From Desulfobacteraceae bacterium UBA2245 (lineage in GTDB: Bacteria > Desulfobacterota > Desulfobacteria > Desulfobacterales > UBA2245), in the NCBI GenBank assembly GCA_002347265.1, contig DDYB01000011.1, positions 93,331-157,330 on the forward strand: a DNA stretch of 64,000 nt. Direction: 5' to 3'. Shown piece by piece: positions 26,915 to 37,049 of this stretch. The notes beneath the pieces are model-generated. The model was not told where the DNA came from. It worked only from the letters and a program-made list of their open reading frames with translations, and did not search any database. Both the position numbers and the translations under genes were made by a program. The stretch's first letter is position 1. The number at the start of each line of letters is the position of its first letter.

Positions 26915-28378
26915 TTAATCCAGGCGGTAATTGGGCGCTTCCTTGGTGATGATCACGTCGTGAACATGACTTTCCCTCAGACCGGCGGCGCTGATCTTGA
27001 TAAACCGCGCCTTCTCCATGAGTTCCTGAAGACTGGCGCAGCCCAGATATCCCATGCCTGCCTTCAGACCGCCGATCAGCTGGGACAGATGCAACGAAAT
27101 CGAACCGGTGTACGGCACGCGGCCCACGATGCCTTCAGGAACCAGTTTGTCGTCTTCGGGTTCCTCTCCCTGATAGTAGCGGTCCTTGCTGCCCTGTTTC
27201 ATGGCTTCCAGGGAGCCCATGCCTCGATAGACCTTGTAACTTCGGCCCTGATAAAGAATCATCTCTCCCGGGCTCTCTTCGGAGCCGGCCAGCAGATTGC
27301 CGATCATGACCGTTTGAGCGCCGGCGGCCAGCGCCTTGGTGATATCCCCGGAAAATTTGATGCCGCCGTCGGCGATCAGAGGAACGCCGGTTTTCTGTGA
27401 AATTTCCCGGCAATTCATGATGGCGGTCAGCTGCGGAACTCCGACGCCGGCCACAATCCGGGTGGTGCAGATCGAACCGGGTCCGATTCCCACCTTGACT
27501 GCGTCCACACCCGCTTTGATCAGGGCTTCGGCGCCGTCTGACGTGGCCACGTTGCCGGCGATCAGCTCGATTCCGGAAAAGGTGGATTTAAGCGTTCTGA
27601 CAGCTTGCATGACATTGTTGGAATACCCGTGCGAGGTATCGATGAGAATCACGTCGGCGCCCGCATGCAGCAGGGCTTCGGCGCGAGATTCCATATCAGG
27701 CCCGACCCCGACGGCGGCGCCGACGCGCAAACGGCCCATGGAGTCTTTGGAGGCGTCCGGAAATTTTTTAATCTTTTCGATATCCTTGATGGTGATCATG
27801 CCCCTGAGGCGGCCCTGCTGGTCCACCACCAGCAGCTTTTCAATCCGGTGCTTGTGAAGCAGTTTCTTGCTCTCCTCCAGGTTGATCCCTTCGGACACGG
27901 TCACCAGGTTATCCTTGGTCATCACATCAGAGACCTTCTTGTCCAGATCGGTTTCAAACCGAAGATCCCGGTTGGTAACGATTCCGACCAACTGGTCCCC
28001 ACGGGTTACCGGAACACCGGAGATGCGGTACCGGGCCATCAGATCCAGGACCTGACGAACCGTCTCGTCCGGATGAATCGTCACCGGATCGATAATCATG
28101 CCGCTCTCGGACTTCTTGACCTGATCGACCTCCCGGGCCTGATCCTCGATGCTCATGTTGCGGTGAATGAACCCCAGGCCGCCGGCACGGGCCATGCTGA
28201 TGGAGGTTCTGGCCTCTGTCACCGTATCCATCGCCGCGCTGACAATCGGTATCTGCAATGAAATATTTCTGGTCAGTTGGGTCCTGACGTTCACGTCCTT
28301 GGGCAAAACCGCCGAAAAACATGGAAGCAGCAGTACATCGTCAAACGAATATGCTTCTTCAAGCAATAAACTTGTCAT
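26915..28378 (-). CDS. guaB: IMP dehydrogenase
   Basis: FDDVLLLP N-terminus, tandem CBS domains, catalytic loop [11 protein letters not shown]. The ATG at 28378 has SD GGAGGAAG. Confidence 0.93.
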   Translation of the reverse strand: MTSLLLEEAYSFDDVLLLPCFSAVLPKDVNVRTQLTRNISLQIPIVSAAMDTVTEARTSISMARAGGLGFIHRNMSIEDQAREVDQVKKSESGMIIDPVTIHPDETVRQVLDLMARYRISGVPVTRGDQLVGIVTNRDLRFETDLDKKVSDVMTKDNLVTVSEGINLEESKKLLHKHRIEKLLVVDQQGRLRGMITIKDIEKIKKFPDASKDSMGRLRVGAAVGVGPDMESRAEALLHAGADVILIDTSHGYSNNVMQAVRTLKSTFSGIELIAGNVATSDGAEALIKAGVDAVKVGIGPGSICTTRIVAGVGVPQLTAIMNCREISQKTGVPLIADGGIKFSGDITKALAAGAQTVMIGNLLAGSEESPGEMILYQGRSYKVYRGMGSLEAMKQGSKDRYYQGEEPEDDKLVPEGIVGRVPYTGSISLHLSQLIGGLKAGMGYLGCASLQELMEKARFIKISAAGLRESHVHDVIITKEAPNYRLD

Positions 28379-28612
28379 ATCTTCCTCCGGACAACTATCC
28401 GTTTTTATGGGGGACACATCATTTCAACCGGCCATGCGGCGCCGGCGCATGCAACCCTGCCGTTCGGGGCAGCCGACACCGAATATATCCGTATCGAATA
28501 GCAAATGCCATAGGCTTTCGCAACGATTTATTGACCTTGACAAGGAATCGAAACACATAATACAAATTAAAAAAATATTAAATATTCCCATAAATTCAAC
28601 CGGAAACCGGGC

Positions 28613-29221
28613 ATGGTCGTTCAAATCAACCATCAGAATCCTCAAATGAGACTGATCCGAAAAGCAGTGGAAATCCTGCAACGCGGCGGGGTCATCGCTT
28701 ACCCAACCGACACTTACTACGGAATCGGATGCGACATCATGAACAAGAAAGCCATTGAGAGGATCTATCTGATCAAGCACAGGGACAAGAACAAGCCCTT
28801 CAGCTTCATCTGCTCCGGGCTCAAGAACATCAGCGATTATGCGAAAGTGTCCAACTACGCCTACAAAACCATGAAGCGGCTTCTGCCGGGCCCATACACC
28901 TTCGTTCTGGAAGGATCCAAGCTGGTGCCCAAGATCATGCTGACCAAACGCAAAACCGCGGGCATCCGCGTGCCCGATCATCCGATCTGCATGGCCCTTG
29001 TGGAAACCCTGGGATCTCCCATTCTCACGACCAGCGCGACTTTGCCTGACGGAGCCATATTAAGCGATCCCTATCTGATCGAAGACTGCTTCGGCAAACG
29101 GCTTGACCTGATCATCGACGGCGGAACCGTTCCCGGAGAGCCATCCAGCGTGATTTCACTGATCAGCGATGAACCCGAGGTCATTCGGGAAGGTCTGGGA
29201 AAAATCGACTTCATGGAATAA
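28613..29221 (+). CDS. tsaC: L-threonylcarbamoyladenylate synthase (YrdC/TsaC family), paralog 2
   Basis: LQRGGVIAYPTDTYYGIGCD and KHRDKNKPFSFI…GIRVPDHP. 202 aa with a YrdC domain only. Confidence 0.85.
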   Translation: MVVQINHQNPQMRLIRKAVEILQRGGVIAYPTDTYYGIGCDIMNKKAIERIYLIKHRDKNKPFSFICSGLKNISDYAKVSNYAYKTMKRLLPGPYTFVLEGSKLVPKIMLTKRKTAGIRVPDHPICMALVETLGSPILTTSATLPDGAILSDPYLIEDCFGKRLDLIIDGGTVPGEPSSVISLISDEPEVIREGLGKIDFME

Positions 29222-29294
29222 AATACGCTGGATCAGACGTTTGAAACGAGAACCCGGCGCACGAAGCAAAATGTGCTGAAATTCAGAACGCAGA

Positions 29295-30203
29295 TCATTC
29301 TCCGGCGGGCTGATACCGGTACTCAGCCTTGATCTCCGGATGAAGCGCGCGGTTCAATACGCCCTCCACATCGGATGCTTCCAGCAATTCACCAATGGAG
29401 AATTTCTTCCTCGGATAAATTGATTGGGTTTTCCCCTTCACCCCGGCCAGATCGGCAGCCCACCGCACCGCATCTTCCAGGTTTCCCATCCGGTCGACCA
29501 GTTTGAAGCCCTCGGCGTCCTGTCCGGTGAAAATCCGGCCGTCAGCCAGGGCTGCCACGTCTGCAATCTTCATCTGCCGCCCTTTGGCCACATCATCGAT
29601 AAACTGGGCATGAATCTTGTCGGCAAAATCCTGAAGTATCCGCCGTTCCGCGGCGGACATTTCCCGTACCGGAGAACCGATATCCTTGTAAGCGCCGCTT
29701 TTAATCACAACCGGGGTCAACCCGATCTTATCCAGCACCTTCTCAAAATTCGTATACCCCAGAATAACGCCGATGCTGCCGGTCAGGGTGCCGGGACTGG
29801 CCACGATTTTCTCTGCGCCGGCCGCGACATAATATCCACCCGATGCCGCAACGGAACCCAGGGATGCAACCACGTGCTTGACGCCGACCGTTCTTCTGAT
29901 CTCGCGGTATATTTCCTGGGAAGGCCCGACCGCACCGCCAGGCGAATCGATTCGAATCACGATGGCCCGAATGGCATCATCATCCCGAAAACGCTTGATG
30001 TCCTGAAGAATTTTCTTGGAATCGGCGATCACGCCGATCACCTCCACGATGCCGATTTTCTCTCCAGCCTCAAATTTGTCCGGACCCGAGGCCGACTTGA
30101 ACATCATGGCGATGAAGGCAAGGCCCGCAATACCGAGACCGAAGGAGCAAAGCATGAAAAACAGATAAGGGTGCCGTCGGGAAAACATAATGGCCCTCGT
30201 CAT
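29295..30203 (-). CDS. sppA: signal peptide peptidase SppA (36K type, S49)
   Basis: N-terminal TM, IDSPGG, and the nucleophile block SVAASGGYY. Confidence 0.88.
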   Translation of the reverse strand: MTRAIMFSRRHPYLFFMLCSFGLGIAGLAFIAMMFKSASGPDKFEAGEKIGIVEVIGVIADSKKILQDIKRFRDDDAIRAIVIRIDSPGGAVGPSQEIYREIRRTVGVKHVVASLGSVAASGGYYVAAGAEKIVASPGTLTGSIGVILGYTNFEKVLDKIGLTPVVIKSGAYKDIGSPVREMSAAERRILQDFADKIHAQFIDDVAKGRQMKIADVAALADGRIFTGQDAEGFKLVDRMGNLEDAVRWAADLAGVKGKTQSIYPRKKFSIGELLEASDVEGVLNRALHPEIKAEYRYQPAGE

Positions 30204-30221
30204 GCCGTCCGATCGGACGGC

Positions 30222-30372
30222 GATTTACAGGCTGTTGAAAAACTGCGCCTGAGGCCGCCATTCAGCGTTGCACGGTTCTCGCCACTGCTCACATATGCCT
30301 GAATATGCTGCGCTTGTCGTATCGCCGCGCGCCTTGCCTGACGTCCTGATTCTTGTTTTTCAACACCCTGTT
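30222..30372. repeat. interspersed imperfect-palindromic element, copy 2
   Basis: See copy 1. It lies between the rpsA terminator hairpin and the sppA start. Confidence 0.85.
30269..30284 (-). promoter_or_regulatory. sigma-54-like -24/-12 motif (TGGCGAGAACCGTGCA) inside repeat copy 2, facing sppA
   Basis: GG-N10-GC spacing, with the -12 half TGCA close to the consensus TTGCA. About 65 nt upstream of the sppA ATG. Confidence 0.35.
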
Positions 30373-30399
30373 GGATTTAATGGACTCGGAAATAAGGTT

Positions 30400-30441
30400 A
30401 AATGCAGCACCGGGGCGACAAAGCGCCCCGGTGCTGCATTT
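30400..30441 (-). terminator. long hairpin downstream of rpsA (terminator-like)
   Basis: Perfect 18-bp stem AAATGCAGCACCGGGGCG / CGCCCCGGTGCTGCATTT, 34 nt after the rpsA stop. The minus-strand trailing sequence is only partly T-rich. Confidence 0.5.
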
Positions 30442-30474
30442 CAAGAATACTGGACGGGTCTTGCCCGTACGAAC

Positions 30475-32283
30475 TTACTTTTCGTTCAGTTTTTCCTGAA
30501 GATTTTCTCGAAGAATCTCGCCAAAGCTGGACGTAGCCGGACCCATCTTGCTCACATATTCGCTGAGCATCGACTGTTCGTCTTCCACTTCCAGACGTTT
30601 GATGGAAAGACCGATGCGACGTTCATCGCTGTTGATATTCATCACCCGGGCGGTGATCATATCCCCGACATTGAACTTGCCGACCGGCGTCTTGATCTTC
30701 TCCTTGCTGATCTCGGAAACATGAACCAAGCCTTCGATGCCTTCTTCCAGTTCCACGAAGATGCCGAAATCGGTCAGATTCGTGATGGTTCCGGTAATCT
30801 CTTTTCCGACCTCGTACCGCTGGGCCACAGTGGTCCATGGATCCGGCTCAAGCTGCTTGATTCCCAGGGAAAACCGTTCGTTGTCCTTTTCGATATCCAG
30901 CACGATGGCGCGCACCACATCGCCTTTTTTGCAGACCTCCGAAGGATGTTTGATGCGCTTGGTCCAGGAAATATCCGATATGTGAACCAAGCCGTCAATC
31001 CCCTCGTCAATGCCGATAAAAAGACCAAAATCAGTGATATTTTTAATCTTTCCCTCGATGGTAGTGCCAACCGGATATTTCTCGCTGATCACATCCCACG
31101 GATTGGGCGCGACCTGCTTCATGCCCAGAGAAATTCTTCGGTTCTCGGGCTTGATATCCAGGACCACGGCAGCCACTTCATCGCCTACGGAAACCACTTT
31201 GGAAGGATGGCGCACCTTGCGGGTCCAGGACATTTCCGAAACATGGATCAGGCCCTCGATGCCTTCTTCGAGTTCCACAAAAGCGCCGTAATCCGTCAGG
31301 CTGACAACCCTTCCGGTGACCTTGGAACCAACCGGATACTTTTTCGACGCCGTCACCCAGGGGTCTTCGGTCAACTGTTTCATGCCGAGAGAGACTCTCT
31401 CCTTCTCGACATCCATGCTCAGGATTTTCACCTTGATGGGATCACCCACGGAGAACATCTCCGAAGGATGCTTGACGCGACCCCAGGAAATATCGGTAAT
31501 ATGCAACAGACCGTCCACGCCGCCAAGATCCACAAACACCCCGTATTCGGTGATGTTTTTGACAATGCCTTCAACGACCTTGCCTTCGGTGATGGCGCTC
31601 AGGGTGGCGCTCCGCTGCGCCTCGCGTTCCTGTTCCAGAATGGCGCGCCGGGACAATACGATATTGCTCCGTTTTCGATTGTATTTCAGAATCTTAAAAG
31701 CAAAGGTCTTTCCGACCATCTCGTCAAGATTGCGAATCGGACGGAGATCCGCCTGGGAACCGGGCAGGAATGCCAGAACGCCGATATCAACGGAAAAGCC
31801 TCCCTTTACGCGGTGAACAATAACGCCCTCTACAATTCCGTCCTCATCATAGGCATTCTTGATTTCTTCCCAGACCTTGATTTTGGCCGCTTTTTCCTTG
31901 GAAAGGACAACGACTTCCTCCTCGTCGTCCCACCATTCGACCATGACCTCGACCACGTCCCCGAGCTTCGCCGTCATTTCGCCGTTCTCATCCATGAATT
32001 CATGGATCCGGATCTGCCCCTCGGATTTATAACCGATATCCACCAGAACAAAATCCTTATCAATGGAAATCACCCGGCCCGTGACCACCTCTCCTTCGGC
32101 AAACCGCTGGAAGCTTTCCTCGTACATGACCATCAGGTCTTCCATCTCATCGCCTGCGCCCTCTTTTATCAAAGCGTCGGAACCGGACTGAGAGCCTTGA
32201 CTGTCTTGCTTCGGCTGCGCGGAAGCAAGATACTCGTCTGAATCTAATTTTTCGTTTGGATCGTTTGTTGCCATGTTGTTCAT
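30475..32283 (-). CDS. rpsA: 30S ribosomal protein S1
   Basis: Six tandem S1 domains (G.V..I..FG.FV.L..G.EGL.H.SE) behind an acidic N-terminal extension. Confidence 0.93.
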   Translation of the reverse strand: MNNMATNDPNEKLDSDEYLASAQPKQDSQGSQSGSDALIKEGAGDEMEDLMVMYEESFQRFAEGEVVTGRVISIDKDFVLVDIGYKSEGQIRIHEFMDENGEMTAKLGDVVEVMVEWWDDEEEVVVLSKEKAAKIKVWEEIKNAYDEDGIVEGVIVHRVKGGFSVDIGVLAFLPGSQADLRPIRNLDEMVGKTFAFKILKYNRKRSNIVLSRRAILEQEREAQRSATLSAITEGKVVEGIVKNITEYGVFVDLGGVDGLLHITDISWGRVKHPSEMFSVGDPIKVKILSMDVEKERVSLGMKQLTEDPWVTASKKYPVGSKVTGRVVSLTDYGAFVELEEGIEGLIHVSEMSWTRKVRHPSKVVSVGDEVAAVVLDIKPENRRISLGMKQVAPNPWDVISEKYPVGTTIEGKIKNITDFGLFIGIDEGIDGLVHISDISWTKRIKHPSEVCKKGDVVRAIVLDIEKDNERFSLGIKQLEPDPWTTVAQRYEVGKEITGTITNLTDFGIFVELEEGIEGLVHVSEISKEKIKTPVGKFNVGDMITARVMNINSDERRIGLSIKRLEVEDEQSMLSEYVSKMGPATSSFGEILRENLQEKLNEK

Positions 32284-32378
32284 TAAAAAATGTCCCCCTT
32301 AGCCTATATTATGTTGCAACTCCAATGGCTGCATAATCAATTAGCTTTATCAGACGAATTTGCAAAACTCAACTACTA

Positions 32379-33089
32379 TTATTGATTTACGGGCTGTTTA
32401 TCGGCCCGTATGACACCGGCATCCTTCCGGCCGATGATTTCAAGCATTTTATCCACCGCGTCCTCGGGGGAAAGATCCGTCGAATCGATGATGATGGCGT
32501 CCGAAGCCGGTTTGAGCGGAGCAATCGCACGACTGCTGTCCTGTTGATCCCGCTGGCGAATATCTTTTTCCACCGCTTCAAGAGATCTCGATTCGGTTTG
32601 GGCGAATTCCCTTTGCCGGCGAAGCGCACGGGTTCTGACCGATGCATCCAGATAAAACTTGAGGTCCGCTTCCGGAAACACAACGGTGCCCATGTCCCGG
32701 CCTTCAAAAATACCGCCGTAGCGCAATCCCAGCTCACGCTGCAAAGTCAGCAGATAAGCCCGGACCACCGGCCGGGCTGAAACCGCCGAGGCCTGCATGG
32801 TCACATCGGCGGTTCTGATCCGATCACTGACATCCACTCCGCCGGACAGAATGCGCATCTTCAGCCCGTCGCGGACCAGCTCCAGCCGCAGACCGCGGCA
32901 CAGGATTTCCAGAGCCGGATCATCCTCGGCGGAAATCCCTTTCTTCAGGCTCTCATATGCCACGGCCCGATACAGGGCGCCGGTGTCGAAATACCGGCAT
33001 TCGAGCCGATCGGCCAGCATGCGGCTGACCGTGGATTTTCCGGCGCCGGCCGGCCCGTCGATCGTGATCAGTAAGTTTTTTTCAGCCAT
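32379..33089 (-). CDS. cmk: (d)CMP kinase
   Basis: ITIDGPAGAGKSTVS P-loop and the usual cmk-rpsA adjacency. Confidence 0.92.
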   Translation of the reverse strand: MAEKNLLITIDGPAGAGKSTVSRMLADRLECRYFDTGALYRAVAYESLKKGISAEDDPALEILCRGLRLELVRDGLKMRILSGGVDVSDRIRTADVTMQASAVSARPVVRAYLLTLQRELGLRYGGIFEGRDMGTVVFPEADLKFYLDASVRTRALRRQREFAQTESRSLEAVEKDIRQRDQQDSSRAIAPLKPASDAIIIDSTDLSPEDAVDKMLEIIGRKDAGVIRADKQPVNQ

Positions 33090-33158
33090 GGCATTCCACC
33101 TGAGGACATCAAAAATGAACAGGTCCGTGCCGGTCCGGTTCGCTGAACTGGCGACCGT

Positions 33159-34253
33159 TCAGGACCTCTTCCCAAGCACCCGGTCCAGGGCATCGATAAA
33201 TCGCCTGTTTTCCTCATCCAGCCCGACGTTGACGCGAATGCAGTCGGCATACCCGTAAGAACGCATCGAGCGGACGATAACCCCTTCCCTCAGAAGCGCA
33301 TGAAAAACCACTTCGGCATCCTGAACGCGAATCAGAAAAAAGTTGGCCTCTGTCGGATGGTACTCGATGCCGCGCCGGTCCAGCGCGTCATACAGATACG
33401 TCAGACCTGTATGGATCTGGGCCAGCGTCTTTTTCAGAAACGAATCATCGTCCAGAGCCGCGGTCGCCCCGGCCTGAGCCAGACTGCCGGCGTTAAAAGG
33501 CGCCCGGATGCGGTGAATCACCTGCGTCAGGGCGGAGGGCATCAGACCGTATCCGATGCGAAGACCGGCCAGTCCGTAAACCTTGGAAAAGGTGCGAAGC
33601 ACCGCCACCGGCCGCTCATTATCGACCCAGCCGACCCCCTGAAGGCAATCCGGATTCCGGACAAATTCGATATAAGCCTCATCGATAACCACCCATACAT
33701 GGGATGGAATCCGGGACATGAACCCCTCAAACTCCCGCTTCGTTATTACCGTTCCGGTCGGGTTGTTGGGGTTGCATATGAAGATCATGCGGGTTCTGTC
33801 GGTTACGCTGTCCAGCATTCTCTCCAGGTCCATCTTCATCGATTTGAGGGGAACCGGAACCGGCCTCCCTCCCACGCTGCGGACGGCGATTTCGTACACC
33901 AGAAAGGATGGATACGGCAGGATCGCTTCATCGCCATGGTTGAGCAGGACCCGGGCCAGCAAGCCGATAATCTCGTCGGACCCGTTTCCCGGCACCACAT
34001 TCTCGGGAGACAGGTCAAATTTTTCGGCGATCTTGCGTACCAGTCCATGGGCGCTTCCGTCCGGGTACCGGTGAAGTTTTCCCACCGCTTCGGCGATGGC
34101 CTGAACGGCCTTTGGCGAAGGCCCCAGCGGGTTTTCGTTGGAGGCCAGCTTGATGGAATCGGCGATTCCGTATTCCCGCTCCAGCTCCTCGATGGGTTTG
34201 CCCGGCACATAGGGCTTGATCGATAAGATAAACTCCGGAACAGATACTTTCAT
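33159..34253 (-). CDS. hisC: histidinol-phosphate aminotransferase
   Basis: LASNENPLGPSP, CNPNNPTG, and the PLP lysine in FSKVYGLAGLRIGY. ATG at 34253 (SD AAAGGA) preferred to 34280. Confidence 0.88.
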   Translation of the reverse strand: MKVSVPEFILSIKPYVPGKPIEELEREYGIADSIKLASNENPLGPSPKAVQAIAEAVGKLHRYPDGSAHGLVRKIAEKFDLSPENVVPGNGSDEIIGLLARVLLNHGDEAILPYPSFLVYEIAVRSVGGRPVPVPLKSMKMDLERMLDSVTDRTRMIFICNPNNPTGTVITKREFEGFMSRIPSHVWVVIDEAYIEFVRNPDCLQGVGWVDNERPVAVLRTFSKVYGLAGLRIGYGLMPSALTQVIHRIRAPFNAGSLAQAGATAALDDDSFLKKTLAQIHTGLTYLYDALDRRGIEYHPTEANFFLIRVQDAEVVFHALLREGVIVRSMRSYGYADCIRVNVGLDEENRRFIDALDRVLGKRS

Positions 34254-34284
34254 GAAATATCCTTTTACCGGCCGACCCATGCGG

Positions 34285-34827
34285 TTACCGGTCTTTCAAA
34301 GCCGCCGAAATTCCGGCCTCAACCGCCGCGAGATTGATCGACCGCAGATCCGGCTTCTTGGCGAACTCGACATCAACCGTATTTTTAAAGGTCTCCAGTC
34401 CGACAATCCGGCTTCGGGCCACAAATGCCGAAAGCGCGACGATATTGGCCGCCCGCACATTGCCCAGTTCCTTTGCAATATCGGTGACAGGAACGCGAAG
34501 CTCATCGACATCCGAACGATTGGAGCCGATATCGATGATGGAGCTGTTGATCACAATTACGCCGCCGGGCTTGATCGTCGGGGCGAACTTGACCAGTGAG
34601 GGGCGGTTCATGGCCACCAGATGCGAGGGCGTTCGGACGATCGGAGACCCGATAGGCTGATCGCTGATCGCCACCAGGCAGTAGGCCGTCCCGCCGCGCA
34701 TCTCCGGCCCGTAGGACGGAATCCAGGCCACCTCCAGCCCTTCGGCCATGGCCGCCTCGGCGAGGATCTTTCCGCTGAGTAAAATTCCCTGACCGCCAAA
34801 TCCGGCAAACATCACTTCTCGCTGCAT
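34285..34827 (-). CDS. 2-oxoacid:ferredoxin oxidoreductase, gamma subunit
   Basis: FAGFGGQGILLSG motif. ATG at 34827 follows SD GGAGGAGG. Substrate not assignable by eye. Confidence 0.85.
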   Translation of the reverse strand: MQREVMFAGFGGQGILLSGKILAEAAMAEGLEVAWIPSYGPEMRGGTAYCLVAISDQPIGSPIVRTPSHLVAMNRPSLVKFAPTIKPGGVIVINSSIIDIGSNRSDVDELRVPVTDIAKELGNVRAANIVALSAFVARSRIVGLETFKNTVDVEFAKKPDLRSINLAAVEAGISAALKDR

Positions 34828-34842
34828 GGAATCCTCCTCCAC

Positions 34843-35580
34843 TCACTCGGGGGTTTTAAAATCGCCCAATCGGTAATAGGGAAGCATGGTTTTCTCGGCC
34901 CAGTCCACCGCTTCGACCGGCGTCATTCCCCAGTTTGTCGGACAGGTGCTGACCACTTCCACCAGGCTGAAGCATTTGCCTTCCACCTGATAGGCAAAGG
35001 CCCTTTTGATCGCCTCTTTTGCCTTGAGAATATACTTGGGACGTATCACCGTCTGGCGCGTAATATATCCGGGCGTTACCAGGGATGACAGCAGTTCGGC
35101 AATCCGGATCGGCATGCCCACCTCATCGACGTTTCGTCCCATGGGACTCGTTGTGGTTTTTTGGCCGGGCATGGTAGTGGGGGCCATCTGGCCGCCGGTC
35201 ATGCCGTAAATCGCATTGTTCACAAAAATGGTGGTGAATTTCTCCCCGCGGTTGGCGGCATGAACGATCTCCCCCATTCCGATGCTGGCCAGATCTCCAT
35301 CTCCCTGATAGGTAAAAACGATCAGATCCGGCCGCACGCGCTTGATGCCCGTAGCCATGGCGGGCGCCCGCCCGTGAGCGGCTTCCTGAAAATCACAAGC
35401 AATATAATCGTACACCATCACCGCACATCCGACCGGAGCAATCCCCACGGTGCGCTTCCGGATTCCCAGCTCATCGATGGCTTCCGCCACCAGCCGATGA
35501 ATTACGCCGTGAGTGCATCCCGGGCAATAATGCATATATCGATCCGTAAGGGATTCAGGTTTTTGAAATGTCTTCGCCAT
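34843..35580 (-). CDS. 2-oxoacid:ferredoxin oxidoreductase, beta (TPP-binding) subunit
   Basis: HYCPGCTHG and the YQGDGDLASIG TPP motif. ATG at 35580 has SD AAGGAG. Confidence 0.88.
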   Translation of the reverse strand: MAKTFQKPESLTDRYMHYCPGCTHGVIHRLVAEAIDELGIRKRTVGIAPVGCAVMVYDYIACDFQEAAHGRAPAMATGIKRVRPDLIVFTYQGDGDLASIGMGEIVHAANRGEKFTTIFVNNAIYGMTGGQMAPTTMPGQKTTTSPMGRNVDEVGMPIRIAELLSSLVTPGYITRQTVIRPKYILKAKEAIKRAFAYQVEGKCFSLVEVVSTCPTNWGMTPVEAVDWAEKTMLPYYRLGDFKTPE

Positions 35581-35699
35581 AATGTCGGCTCCTTGTTTCA
35601 GCCGGTCTCTTGCAGGTTTCTGATTCAGATTCCGTGACCTGTCGTCTCGAGACCGAATTTCGGCAAGCGCAAAACGGGTAAATCCCGCTTCGGCCCGCT

Positions 35700-36767
35700 T
35701 CATAAAAAGGATTTCACCAGATCCATAATATCCTCAGGGGAGGGAATATCCCCGCCGGCATTTCCATGCCAGTGAACCGGACGTTCGCCTAAAACCGCCC
35801 GCTGAACATCCTCAAGCATCTGGCCCATGTTCAGTTCGATGCTCAGCACCACCTTGCAGCTCGGCCGGATCGCCGCCTCATGGATCGCCTTTTCCGGAAA
35901 AGGGAAAAGGGTCTGGGGACGGATCATTCCCACCTCGATCCCCTGCCGCTTCAGGGCATCGATGGCTGTCCGGCACACCCGGCTCATGGTGCCGAAACTG
36001 ACGATCAGCGCCTGATAATCCGTGTCGGCGTTATAGGCTTCGTACCGCAGGTCTTCGCGCATCATGCGTTCGTATTTGGCCTTGAGCTTCAGGTTGTGGT
36101 CGTTAAGGGCCCTGGGATCCAGAAACAGAGATTTGACCAGATTCGGCGTATCGCTGTTTCTCGTTGCCATTCCGTTGCTGGCCCAGTCGTCTTTATTGGT
36201 GGGTTCGGAACGCAGATTCTCGGGAAACTCCACGGGCTCCATCATCTGGCCGATCAGCCCGTCCCCGAGAATCAGCACCGGATTGCGATATTTCTCGGCC
36301 AGTGGAAAGGCCATCATCATCATTTCCACGGCCTCCTGAACGCCGTCCGGCGCCATGACCAGCAGATGGTAATCGCCGTGCCCGCCGCCCTTGACCGCCT
36401 GAAAATAATCGGCTTGAGACGGCAGGATGCCGCCCAGTCCGGGTCCGCCGCGCACGATGTTGACGAATACCGCGGGGCACTCGGCGCCGGTGATATAACT
36501 GACCGCCTCGCTCATCAGACTGAACCCGGGACTGGATGTCGAGGTGAACACCCGCTGTCCGCACCCGGATGCGCCGAAAATCATATAACCGACGGCCACC
36601 TCGCTTTCTCCCTGCAGAAATACGCCGCCAACCTCCGGAAGGCGCCGGGACAGATATTCGGCAATCTCGGACTGAGGCGTAATCGGATAGGCAAAATAAT
36701 TCAGACATCCGGCCCGCACGGCCGCCTCTGCAATCGCCTCGTTTCCTTTCATTAAAACCTTGCCCAT
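35700..36767 (-). CDS. 2-oxoacid:ferredoxin oxidoreductase, alpha subunit
   Basis: MKGNEAIAEAAVRAGC…YPITPQSEI N-terminus. ATG at 36767 has SD GGAGGTGAG. Confidence 0.88.
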   Translation of the reverse strand: MGKVLMKGNEAIAEAAVRAGCLNYFAYPITPQSEIAEYLSRRLPEVGGVFLQGESEVAVGYMIFGASGCGQRVFTSTSSPGFSLMSEAVSYITGAECPAVFVNIVRGGPGLGGILPSQADYFQAVKGGGHGDYHLLVMAPDGVQEAVEMMMMAFPLAEKYRNPVLILGDGLIGQMMEPVEFPENLRSEPTNKDDWASNGMATRNSDTPNLVKSLFLDPRALNDHNLKLKAKYERMMREDLRYEAYNADTDYQALIVSFGTMSRVCRTAIDALKRQGIEVGMIRPQTLFPFPEKAIHEAAIRPSCKVVLSIELNMGQMLEDVQRAVLGERPVHWHGNAGGDIPSPEDIMDLVKSFL

Positions 36768-36769
36768 GT

Positions 36770-37009
36770 TTAACTCACCTCCGTCTGATCTTTGGTGCTT
36801 TGGATTTCCGTGATACTGATCGCGACATCGGGGCACATGATGCAACAGAGCCCGCAGTAGTTGCAATCTTCTGGCCTGGCGCGATATACGGGATAATATC
36901 CGACGGAATTAACCGTATCAGAAAGCTGCAAGACTTTCTTGGGGCATACGGTCAGACAAAGACCGCATCCTTTGCATCTTTCCGCGTCGATGGAAAATTG
37001 ATAAGACAT
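36770..37009 (-). CDS. 2-oxoacid:ferredoxin oxidoreductase, delta (2x[4Fe-4S] ferredoxin) subunit
   Basis: Two CX2CX2CX3CP motifs (CKGCGLCLTVCP, CNYCGLCCIMCP). Confidence 0.85.
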   Translation of the reverse strand: MSYQFSIDAERCKGCGLCLTVCPKKVLQLSDTVNSVGYYPVYRARPEDCNYCGLCCIMCPDVAISITEIQSTKDQTEVS

Positions 37010-37049
37010 GCCATCTCCTCTCTCTCCGGTTTGGAAAAACCGCTTTTCA

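Noticed and set aside
30268-32241. 657-aa ORF antisense to rpsA. Similar long antisense ORFs occur at 24914..26395 (dnaE), 40533..41987 (plsB), 45305..46381 (binding protein), 18088..19167 (recJ), 1394..2479 (rnj) and 9201..9785 (tsaC).
   Set aside because: Each lies fully inside a gene with unmistakable motifs on the other strand. Their translations are low-complexity (Gly/Arg/His/Asp-rich) with no motifs, which is typical of shadow ORFs in GC-rich coding DNA.
35581-35703. Alternative upstream start for the OFOR beta subunit at 35703, which would form an ATGA overlap with the alpha-subunit stop.
   Set aside because: The extra 41 aa (MKRAEAGFTRFALAEIRSRDDRSRNLNQKPARDRL…) are Arg-rich and unlike beta-subunit N-termini. 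The ATG at 35580 has a good AAGGAG SD and gives the usual …KPESLTDRYMHYCPGC start. This leaves a 119-nt intercistronic spacer of unknown significance.
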